64,000 bases of DNA from Candidatus Eiseniibacteriota bacterium (GTDB lineage: Bacteria; Eisenbacteria; RBG-16-71-46; JABDJR01): the NCBI GenBank assembly GCA_963783375.1, contig CAWANH010000029.1, positions 832,001 to 896,000 of the forward strand, in the 5' to 3' direction. Below, in pieces: positions 1 to 7,771 of the stretch (position 1 is its first letter; each line of letters begins with the position of its first letter). The notes beneath the pieces were generated by a model. The model searched no databases. It saw only the letters and a program-made list of their open reading frames with translations, and was not told where the DNA came from. Made by a program: the position numbers and the translations under genes.

Positions 1-603
1 GGCCACGTTGACGCCCCCTCCCACCAGAGGGTCGTTCACGGGCATACCGTCGATCTGGTACTGAACCTCCCCTGCCCGACCGCCCCGGAAATGAAGCTGG
101 CCGGCCTGGGAGACGACGCCGGACTTGAGCGCCACCGCTTCCTGAAACGTATCGACGGGGAGACGATCGAGCTCCTCCTCGCCCACATTGTGCATGGTGG
201 TGGAACTCTTCTGGTCGATGAGCTTCTTCTGGGCCTCGATCACCACCGGCTTCATGGTGGCGACGACGGTTTCCTTGAGGTCGAAGTTGAGATTGACGCT
301 CTGTCCCGCGTTGATCTGGAGGCTCCGCTCCTGGGGCTCATAACCGAGGAAGGATACGCGGACGTTGTAGGTGCCGACCGGAATGTTCTTGACCGTGTAC
401 TTACCCTCGCTGTTGGTCATCGCGCCCAGTTTCGTTCCCAGCACGACAACGTTGGCGTAGGGCAGGGGTTCACTCTTCTCGCCGGCACTCTTCACGGTTC
501 CCGTCAGCGTGCCGGTTCCCTGAGCGAAAGCGGAGGTGCTGGCCGCCAGGCTCAAACCGGCGACCAATAGCATGGCTAGCAAGCTCTTGGGGCGGACGTC
601 CAT
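1..603 (-). CDS. TonB-dependent receptor, N-terminal part (signal peptide, CarboxypepD_reg-like domain, plug); runs off the window edge
   Basis: Manual minus-strand translation (not in ORF track): MDVRPKSLLAMLLVAGLSLAASTSAFAQGTGTLTGTV..EPLPYANVVVLGTKLGAMTNSEGKYTVKNIPVGTYNVRVSFLGYE..LHFRGGRAGEVQYQIDGMPVNDP; AAGGAG RBS upstream of ATG 603. Confidence 0.9.
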   Translation of the reverse strand, partial: MDVRPKSLLAMLLVAGLSLAASTSAFAQGTGTLTGTVKSAGEKSEPLPYANVVVLGTKLGAMTNSEGKYTVKNIPVGTYNVRVSFLGYEPQERSLQINAGQSVNLNFDLKETVVATMKPVVIEAQKKLIDQKSSTTMHNVGEEELDRLPVDTFQEAVALKSGVVSQAGQLHFRGGRAGEVQYQIDGMPVNDPLVGGGVNVA

Positions 604-861
604 TACCGTGTCGGCTCCTTTCCGCGGGGCGAAATGCCCGTAGCCCTGGCTCTCTACGACAGGCGCAACTATAAGCGCGAGGGACGGTTGAGTCAACTGA
701 GGCCGACTCAGACGCCCGGGCGTCCCTTCGAGTCCACCACCAAGGGGACCGAACGGGCACCATACGAGGGCCGATGAAGGAGCGAGACGTCTCGTGAGGC
801 AGGACCGCCGGCACCAAACGGCGGCACGAGGGTGAGGACCCTAAGGTCTTCTTGCTCCATC

Positions 862-890
862 AATCTAGCCAGCCCAAATGCCTTTGTCAA
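862..890 (-). promoter_or_regulatory. sigma70-type promoter for the TonB-dependent receptor
   Basis: TTGACA-N17-TAGATT on minus strand; implies a leader of about 250 nt. Confidence 0.7.
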
Positions 891-905
891 GCCCGATTCT
901 CCGGG

Positions 906-2366
906 TCAGAAGAGGTATTTGACGTAGGCGGAGAATCGGGATCGATCGATGTTGAGATCCGACTGAACGTCCACGTCGTAGGCGAAGTCGAACTGCCAGA
1001 TGCCGCCGGCCGGCACCACCCCGATCCCCGTCGCCACGGTGGTCGTGTTGAACGAGCCGTTCCGGTCCGGAAGGGCTTCATAGTCCTGCTTGATTCGTGA
1101 CCGGATGAGCCCAGCCCGTCCCACCAGGGTCTCCCCCAGGAGGTACTCCCCCCCCACACGGAAGCTCTTGTCGTCCAAGGAGTTCTTGGTATCGATCCCC
1201 TCGTTCCGGCTGGTCACGTCGCTGCTGGCGACCTTGGCTTCGGCGGCCAGGAGCAACCGGGATTCGACCCCCACCCAGGAGACGCCCCCCACCAGGGCGG
1301 AGTTCTTGGCGCTCACGTCCTGGCGGACCTGGGATCCGATAGCGTTGGGGTTGACCAGGACGGCGAAATCCTGGCTCCCGCTCAGCACCGCGGCCCCGGC
1401 GATGAGCCGGCCCGGTATGACGTCCAGCCTGGCCCGCCCCCGGAACTGCTTGTTCACCCTGTCCTCGGTGAAGGTGTCGCGGTTCATGGACACGTTCTCG
1501 TTGGTGGGGTTATAGGTAAACCGTTGGGACCAACTGATATGGACCGACTCATCCCCCTGGAGCTTCTGCCGGCTGAAGTCCGCCCCGGCATGCAAGCGCC
1601 CCCGGTTGACGAAGCCATGGACGGACCAGGTGCCGCCGGGACGGCGCCAGTCGAAGGTGTCGGTGTGGAAGGGTCCCCGGCTCTCCCCGTCCAACTTGGT
1701 GGTGAACACCTCACCCCGCGCCCCCACGACCACCCCCTCGGCCACCTGGTAGCCGGCCCCCAGGCCGGCCCGGGTCACGATACCGTTGTGGGAGATGTTG
1801 TAGATGGAGGGTGAGAAGGTGTTTTCATCCTCGCTGCTCCGGGACAGATTCAGCCCCAGGGTCAGTCGGTCGGTGAAGTAGCGGCTCCCGGTCAGGGCCA
1901 GCCCGGTCACGGTGAAGTCGTTTCGCTCGTCGACCAGGTCCAGGGTCTGAACCTTGGCATAGTCGATCCGTCCGCCAACCCCCATGACCCCGGGGTGGTG
2001 ATATCCGATCAGAAGCGACCCGTCGTTGATCTTGATGTCGTCCCCGGTCGACCGGACGTCCCGCTCGGCCAGCTCCTTGTGGGAGTAGCGGGAATCGATG
2101 GACCAGGAGTCCCGATCGTCGCCGAACCCCGCCGGGTTTCGACTGAAATCGTAGAGATCGATCTCGTAGTTCCCGTCCGGGACCGCGGCCTCGAATCCGC
2201 CCATCCCATCCAGTCGGACCGTCCCCGTCCCCAGGTCCACCTGGGCCGGAAGGAGGTAGAGACGCTCGTAGATGAGTTCCTGGGCCCCGGCGCCGGAGGA
2301 CGCGGCTACCGCGGCCGCGGTGACGGTGAGAACGATCACCGCCACCCGCTTCACAACTGGGATCAC
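906..2366 (-). CDS. Outer-membrane beta-barrel protein (FadL/PorV-like N-terminal motif)
   Basis: Signal peptide (VAVIVLTVTAAAVAASSGAGA-Q), RLDGMGG..NPAG motif, amphipathic strands, C-terminal YVKYLF; GTG start after AAGGAG (alternative ATG 2390); the 944-aa ORF call is over-extended. Confidence 0.75.
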   Translation of the reverse strand: MIPVVKRVAVIVLTVTAAAVAASSGAGAQELIYERLYLLPAQVDLGTGTVRLDGMGGFEAAVPDGNYEIDLYDFSRNPAGFGDDRDSWSIDSRYSHKELAERDVRSTGDDIKINDGSLLIGYHHPGVMGVGGRIDYAKVQTLDLVDERNDFTVTGLALTGSRYFTDRLTLGLNLSRSSEDENTFSPSIYNISHNGIVTRAGLGAGYQVAEGVVVGARGEVFTTKLDGESRGPFHTDTFDWRRPGGTWSVHGFVNRGRLHAGADFSRQKLQGDESVHISWSQRFTYNPTNENVSMNRDTFTEDRVNKQFRGRARLDVIPGRLIAGAAVLSGSQDFAVLVNPNAIGSQVRQDVSAKNSALVGGVSWVGVESRLLLAAEAKVASSDVTSRNEGIDTKNSLDDKSFRVGGEYLLGETLVGRAGLIRSRIKQDYEALPDRNGSFNTTTVATGIGVVPAGGIWQFDFAYDVDVQSDLNIDRSRFSAYVKYLF

Positions 2367-2377
2367 CTTCACGCTCC

Positions 2378-3805
2378 TTAACCTTGGCATCGGTTCTCCA
2401 CCGTGCTCGTCGCGGGCGTCCGCTTCTCGAACTGGAGGCGAATCTCCGTCGATCCGCTGCCGACGTGACTCGAGTTGTTGAAGACCCCGACGGCTATCCG
2501 GTATATGCCGGGTTGGTTGGGGTCGGGGGTGATGGACAGGTCGTCGGAGTTGCCGGTGTCCAGGTCGCGCATGATCTCGATCGTACGGACCGGGAACCCC
2601 TTGTCCTGCCCGATCGAGTAGGCGCCCCGGGCCCTCACGTCGCGCGCGCTCCCCGAGGGAATGGTCAGACCCCAACCCTGGACATAGTCGTACTCCCCCG
2701 GAACCAGGCGGTTGCTCCACAGCTGGGGGAGCCCGATGCGGGAGCACGCCAGGGTGCTCGTGCACTTGAAGACGGTCGTGTAGGGAAGCCAGAGACCGAG
2801 ATTCACGGGGACGCCGCCGTTCAGGTCGGCCAGGATCTGGTTGCTGTCCTTCTTGGTATCGATGCACTCGGTCAACTTCGAGGGGACATTGGTGCCGGTG
2901 ACCCAGTTCTTCGCGTACGGGAGCGTGCCCGAGTCCTGGGCCAGGCGCCGTGAGCCGTCGATCCAGAGATCCTCGCAGAAACCGGCCGGGCTGACAAAGG
3001 TGCTGAAGAGCCAGTGCGGACGCAGGTCCCTGGGAGCCGACTCGAAGCGTGTCCAGTCTGCATATTGATAGATGGGGCTCAGGTTGGTTCGTCCCGCCCG
3101 CCAGACCCAGACGTCGGTGTTCTCCACCCCGGCAACCGTGGTCGGGGTCAGGACGCCTCCGGGACCGAGCGTCGGGAAGAGACGCCGCTCGGTCGCCACC
3201 AGATCCGTTGACGCGTGCGCGTTCGCGGCCCGCGTCAGGAGCAACATCACCTGATCTTCCTGGCCGCCGGCGTTCCGTCGCAACCAGTTCGAAGGGTTGA
3301 TGATGGTGGAGTCGCAGACCGAGGGCGTCGAATCCGCGACCGGGCTCGGGCAGAACTTCCCGTCGATCTCGTTCTCGCAGATCTCGCCCGGCGCCTTGGG
3401 ACGGAGGTAGGCGAGCTGATCCGGATAGATGTCCTGGGTCGCATCGGCGTAGCGGATCAGGAAGTAGATGCGATCCTTGTGACTCGGCTCCACCCGGGAC
3501 TCGTCGGTCCAGACCGCCCGGACCTCGAGGTAGAAGTCCGCGCCGCCGGACCCGTTCGCCCCGGTCATCCGGACGAACATGGGTTCGGCCGAACCCCACT
3601 CCACCGGCTGGGCCACACCGTCCAGCACCGGGAGCGCGTCGTCGCACGGGTCGCCGCTCACCCCGGGGTCGGTGTAATGCACGGTGAGGGTGGAGAAGTC
3701 CTCGAGTTGCGGTTCGCTGATCTGGTCCACTCCGGAGCACCCCCCTGCGATCCAGAGAAGGAGACCCGCCAGGACGCCGACGGTCAGCATGCGCGTAGCG
3801 TTCAT
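2378..3805 (-). CDS. Lipoprotein with EB_dh/DOMON (CBM9-like) domain
   Basis: Lipobox IAGG-C; PVLDG..EW, EVRAVW..IYFLIRYAD, EDQV, DVWVWRAGRT, EIMRDLDTG..DD motifs; many Cys, no CxxCH. Confidence 0.65.
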   Translation of the reverse strand: MNATRMLTVGVLAGLLLWIAGGCSGVDQISEPQLEDFSTLTVHYTDPGVSGDPCDDALPVLDGVAQPVEWGSAEPMFVRMTGANGSGGADFYLEVRAVWTDESRVEPSHKDRIYFLIRYADATQDIYPDQLAYLRPKAPGEICENEIDGKFCPSPVADSTPSVCDSTIINPSNWLRRNAGGQEDQVMLLLTRAANAHASTDLVATERRLFPTLGPGGVLTPTTVAGVENTDVWVWRAGRTNLSPIYQYADWTRFESAPRDLRPHWLFSTFVSPAGFCEDLWIDGSRRLAQDSGTLPYAKNWVTGTNVPSKLTECIDTKKDSNQILADLNGGVPVNLGLWLPYTTVFKCTSTLACSRIGLPQLWSNRLVPGEYDYVQGWGLTIPSGSARDVRARGAYSIGQDKGFPVRTIEIMRDLDTGNSDDLSITPDPNQPGIYRIAVGVFNNSSHVGSGSTEIRLQFEKRTPATSTVENRCQG

Positions 3806-3901
3806 GAAATCGTGTCCTCTATCGGGGTTCCAGCCGCTCGGTTCCGGCCGTTTTTCGTCGTCGTAGGGGGGGATCGGCATGGCCTTTCCTGAGGCGCATT
3901 A

Positions 3902-3931
3902 ACGCTAGCCTCCCCCCCACCGGACTGTCAA
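3902..3931 (-). promoter_or_regulatory. sigma70-type promoter for the lipoprotein/beta-barrel pair
   Basis: TTGACA-N18-TAGCGT; -35 overlaps the mpg stop codon. Confidence 0.5.
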
Positions 3932-4614
3932 GTTCTCTTGCCCTCCACGCCGCGACGACGCGGCCCCGGGGGCGCGCCGGGTCGCGCCCGGCTCACGAAG
4001 GGATCGCCCTCCGCCCAGAATCGCCAGGCCCGGTCGCGCCCCAGGCGAATCCCCACCCGGGGCCCGCTCTCGATCCGCCCCGGACGACGCCCGTCGTCCC
4101 GCACCGTGAGCTCCGGACCGGCCAGGGAGAGGGTATTGTGGGCCAGGTCGATGCCGAAGGCCTGGCAGAGCCGGGAGGGACCGGAGGTGAGCTCGACGGG
4201 GTTCTCCCGGCCCCGGCGGGCCCGCATCCGCTCCACTCCGGCCTCGGGACGGACGGCTCGGACCAGGACCGCGGCGGGAAACCCCTCACGCTCGGTCACG
4301 AAATTGAGGAGGAAATGCATTCCGTACGTGAAATACACGTAGGCCCGGCCCGGCGGCCCGTACAGAACCCGGGTCCTCGCGGTGAGCCCGGCCGCGGCAT
4401 GGCAGGCGGGGTCCTCCTCGCCCACGTAGGCCTCCGTTTCCACGATGCGGCCCACCGTCCAGGTGCCGTCGTCCTCCCGGCGGTGAAGCAGGCAGCCCAG
4501 CACCTCCCGGGCCACGGTCAGGCAATCCCGGTCGTAGTAGGCGACCGGGAGCAACCTCCCGCGAGGCCGGCGGGCCGGTTTCATTCCGGAGGGAGCTACC
4601 GGCCCGGCGCTCAT
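3928..4614 (-). CDS. mpg: DNA-3-methyladenine glycosylase (MPG/AAG family)
   Basis: GRIVETEAY, DPACHA, AYVYFTYGMH, AVLVRA, SGPSRLCQA, GPRVGI; ATGA overlap with pmm stop. Confidence 0.92.
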   Translation of the reverse strand: MSAGPVAPSGMKPARRPRGRLLPVAYYDRDCLTVAREVLGCLLHRREDDGTWTVGRIVETEAYVGEEDPACHAAAGLTARTRVLYGPPGRAYVYFTYGMHFLLNFVTEREGFPAAVLVRAVRPEAGVERMRARRGRENPVELTSGPSRLCQAFGIDLAHNTLSLAGPELTVRDDGRRPGRIESGPRVGIRLGRDRAWRFWAEGDPFVSRARPGAPPGPRRRGVEGKRT

Positions 4615-5975
4615 TTCGGCCCGGCGCCCTCCACGCCCGCATCGACCAGCGCCTTCCGGAGTTCCCGCTCGATCGCGTCCCGGGCGGCGGGGCTCGTCCC
4701 CTCGGCCCGGAGCACCAGCACGGGCTGGGTGTTCGAGGCGCGCACCAGTCCCCATCCCCCGTCGAAGGTCACCCGCGCGCCGTCCACCTCCACCACCTCG
4801 TGGGTGGGCCGATAGAGGTCCCGCACGCGCTCCACGACCTCGAACTTCCGCTCGTCCGCACAGTCGATCCGGATTTCGGGGGTGGCGTGATACCGGGGGA
4901 TCTCGGCCAGGAGCGCGGAGAGAGGCCGGTCCGAGGCGGCCAGAAGCCGCACCAGCCGCCCCGAGGCGTAGATCGCGTCGTCGAAGCCGTACCACTCATC
5001 GGCGAAGAACATGTGCCCGGACATCTCGCCGGCCAGAGGCGACCCGGTCTCCGCCATGGCCTTCTTGATGAGGGAATGACCGGTCCGGGTCATGACCGGC
5101 TTCCCGCCGTGGGCCTCGATGTCCTCCACCAGGGCCCGCGAGCACTTGACCTCGAAGAGGATCGGGGCCCCGGGACGGCGGGCCAGCACTTCCCGGGCGA
5201 AGAGCGCGAGGAGCCGATCCCCCCACACCACCTCCCCCCGCTCGTCGAGGGCGCCGAGGCGGTCCGCATCGCCGTCGTAGGCCAGGCCCAGGTCGGCCCC
5301 GGTGGCCAGCACCCGCTCCCGGAGGGTGATCAGGGTCTCGGGGAGGGTGGGGTCGGGAATGTGGTTGGGAAAGCGCCCGTCGGGCTCGCAGAACAGGCAC
5401 TCCACCTCGGCCCCCAACCGCCGGAAGAGGGCGGGCGCGAGCTCGCCCGCGCATCCGTTCCCGGCATCCAGTACCAGCTTGAGAGGCCGGGCCGGAGCCA
5501 GTCGCGAAACCATCGCGTCGAGGTAGGCTTCGCGGAGATCGATCTCCTCCACCTTCCCCCGCCCGATCCGGAACTCCCCCGCCTCGATCCGGCGTCGCAG
5601 ATCCCGGATGCCGTCGCCGTACAGACTCGCCTTCCCCAGCATCATCTTGAACCCGTTGAACTCGATCGGGTTATGGCTCCCGGTGATCTGCACCGCTCCG
5701 TCGAGGTCCAGGTGGTGGACCGAGAAGTAGACGGTGGGGGTGGGAACCACCCCCAGGCGCACCACGTCGACCCCGGCCCGGGTGATGCCCTCGATGAGGG
5801 CGACGGCCAGGCGCGGGGAGCTCTCGCGCACGTCCATGCCCACCGCTACCCGGCTCCCGCCCGCCTCGGCCACCCGCGAGGCGTAGGCCCGGCCGATGGC
5901 CCGCACCACGCCGTCGGTGAGCTCGGTGGCCACGATTCCCCGGATGTCGTACTCGCGAAAGATGTGTGGCGTCAC
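4611..5975 (-). CDS. Phosphomannomutase/phosphoglucomutase (AlgC-like)
   Basis: IFREYDIRG, TGSHNP, DGDADR, GEMSGH, RASNTQP. Confidence 0.95.
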   Translation of the reverse strand: MTPHIFREYDIRGIVATELTDGVVRAIGRAYASRVAEAGGSRVAVGMDVRESSPRLAVALIEGITRAGVDVVRLGVVPTPTVYFSVHHLDLDGAVQITGSHNPIEFNGFKMMLGKASLYGDGIRDLRRRIEAGEFRIGRGKVEEIDLREAYLDAMVSRLAPARPLKLVLDAGNGCAGELAPALFRRLGAEVECLFCEPDGRFPNHIPDPTLPETLITLRERVLATGADLGLAYDGDADRLGALDERGEVVWGDRLLALFAREVLARRPGAPILFEVKCSRALVEDIEAHGGKPVMTRTGHSLIKKAMAETGSPLAGEMSGHMFFADEWYGFDDAIYASGRLVRLLAASDRPLSALLAEIPRYHATPEIRIDCADERKFEVVERVRDLYRPTHEVVEVDGARVTFDGGWGLVRASNTQPVLVLRAEGTSPAARDAIERELRKALVDAGVEGAGPK

Positions 5976-7124
5976 GAGACCGTCTCTCCCGGCTTCTTCC
6001 CCGCCTTCGCCGCGGCGGCGTCCTTGGCCAGACCCGAACGGAGATAGGCGTCGATGAACCCGTCGAGGTCCCCGTCCATCACCCGCTGGACGTCCCCCAT
6101 CTCGTGGTTGGTGCGGTGGTCCTTGACCAGGGTGTAGGGCTGGAAGACGTAGGAGCGGATCTGGCTCCCCCAGGCGATTTCCTTCTGCTGGTCGTAGAGG
6201 GCGTCGAGCTGCTTCCGCTCCTCCTCCAGCTTCCGGGCGTAGAGCCGGGCGCGGAGGATCTTGTAGGCGCTCTCCCGGTTCCGGTGCTGGCTCCGCTCGT
6301 TCTGGCTCGACACCACGATGCCGCTGGGGATGTGGGTGAGACGGACGGCGGAGTCGGTCTTGTTGACGTGCTGGCCCCCCGCGCCCGAGGCCCGGAAGGT
6401 GTCGACGCGGACGTCGGCCTCGTTGATCTCGATTTCCACGTCCTCCTCCACCTGGGGAAAGACGAACACCGAGGCGAAGGAGGTATGGCGCCGGCCGCTC
6501 GCGTCGAACGGGGAGATCCGCACCAGGCGGTGCACTCCGGACTCGGCCTTCAGGTAGCCGAAGGCGTAGGGGCCGTTCACCTCGAAGGTGGCGTCCTTCA
6601 GGCCCGCCTCGTCCCCGGCCTGGTAGTCGAGCATTTCGGTGGCGAAGCCGCTCCGCTCCGCCCAGCGAAGGTACATGCGGAGCAGCATCTCCGCCCAGTC
6701 CTGGCTTTCGGTCCCCCCCGCCCCCGGGTGGATGGAGACCACCGCCCCCGACCGGTCGGCAGGGTCGGAGAGGAAGGATTTGAGCTCGAGCCGGTCCACC
6801 TCGCGCTGAAGGGGATCGATCTGCTTCTCGATCTCGGTCCGGGTGGCCGCGTCCTCCTCCTCCAGGGCCATGTCGAAGAGATCCGAGGCGTCGGCCGCCT
6901 CGCGCTCGATCTTGGCGAACTCGTCCACCACGCCCTTGGCCGCTTTCAGCTCCTGGACCACCGTTCGCGCCCGATCGGGATCGTCCCAGAACCCGGGCCG
7001 GGTCATGATCAGGTTCAGCTCGTCGATTCGTTTCCGCTTGCCGTCGACGTCAAAGATACCCCCTCAGAACGGCGAGCCGTTCCCGCATCGCGTCGAGGGA
7101 GCGTCGGATGTCCTGGGTCTCCAA
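5972..7124 (-). CDS. prfB: Peptide chain release factor 2 with programmed +1 frameshift after codon 24
   Basis: SPF and GGQ motifs; TTG start 7124, 24 codons ending ..LRGYL, then CTT TGA C at 7049-7055 with internal SD AGGGGG. Confidence 0.96.
7049..7064 (-). promoter_or_regulatory. prfB +1 ribosomal frameshift signal
   Basis: AGGGGG-TAT-CTT-TGA-C, the canonical RF2 autoregulatory site. Confidence 0.95.
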
Positions 7125-7161
7125 AACCGTGTGTCCTTTCCTTGGGTCCGCGCCTCCGGAC

Positions 7162-7770
7162 TCAGGGGTGGTCTCCGGCCCGTTGCCGGAGGGTCCGCGC
7201 CAGGGTCTCGATGTCGCCCTGGAGCGCGTTCAGGTCGCCGTCGTTCCGGATGAGCAGCTCGGCCCGCCGGACGAGTTCCGCCTCGTCCACCTGGAGGTCC
7301 AGTCGCCTCGCCGCGGCCTCGGAGGAGAGCCCCGCGGCCACCAGCCGCCGGCGGCGCTCCTCCCGCGGCGCCACGACCCCGACCACCAGGTCCACGAATT
7401 CAGGCGGGCCCCATCTTAGCAAGAGAGCCGCCTCCACGACCGCCACCGTCTCGCCCCGCTCGCGGAGCGCGCCCAGCCGCGCCTCGAGCGCGGCCAACAG
7501 CGGCGGGTGGACCAGGGCGTCCAGCTCGGCCCGCTTCCGGGGATCGGCGAACACGATCCGTCCGAGGACGGCGCGATCGATCCCGCCGTCGCGGGCCAGC
7601 ACCCCGTCGCCGAACCGCCGGGCGAGACGCCGGACCAGGTCGCTCCCCGGAGCGTAGAGGGCGTGGGCCTCCTTGTCCGCGTCGAGCACGACGAAGCCTC
7701 GGGCGGCGAGCCCCGCCGCCACCGTGCTCTTCCCGGATCCCGCCGCCCCGGTGAGCCCCGCCACCAGCAT
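7162..7770 (-). CDS. coaE: Dephospho-CoA kinase
   Basis: GLTGAAGSGKST, DAD, IDRAVLGRIVF, LVHP. Confidence 0.93.
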   Translation of the reverse strand: MLVAGLTGAAGSGKSTVAAGLAARGFVVLDADKEAHALYAPGSDLVRRLARRFGDGVLARDGGIDRAVLGRIVFADPRKRAELDALVHPPLLAALEARLGALRERGETVAVVEAALLLRWGPPEFVDLVVGVVAPREERRRRLVAAGLSSEAAARRLDLQVDEAELVRRAELLIRNDGDLNALQGDIETLARTLRQRAGDHP

Positions 7771-7771
7771 G

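Noticed and set aside
91-570. 159-aa plus-strand ORF
   Set aside because: Antisense shadow of the minus-strand TonB-dependent receptor.
708-890. 60-aa ORF or leader peptide upstream of the TonB receptor
   Set aside because: Its start codons lie in the -35 box or 1 nt after the -10 box, so they would not be in that transcript.
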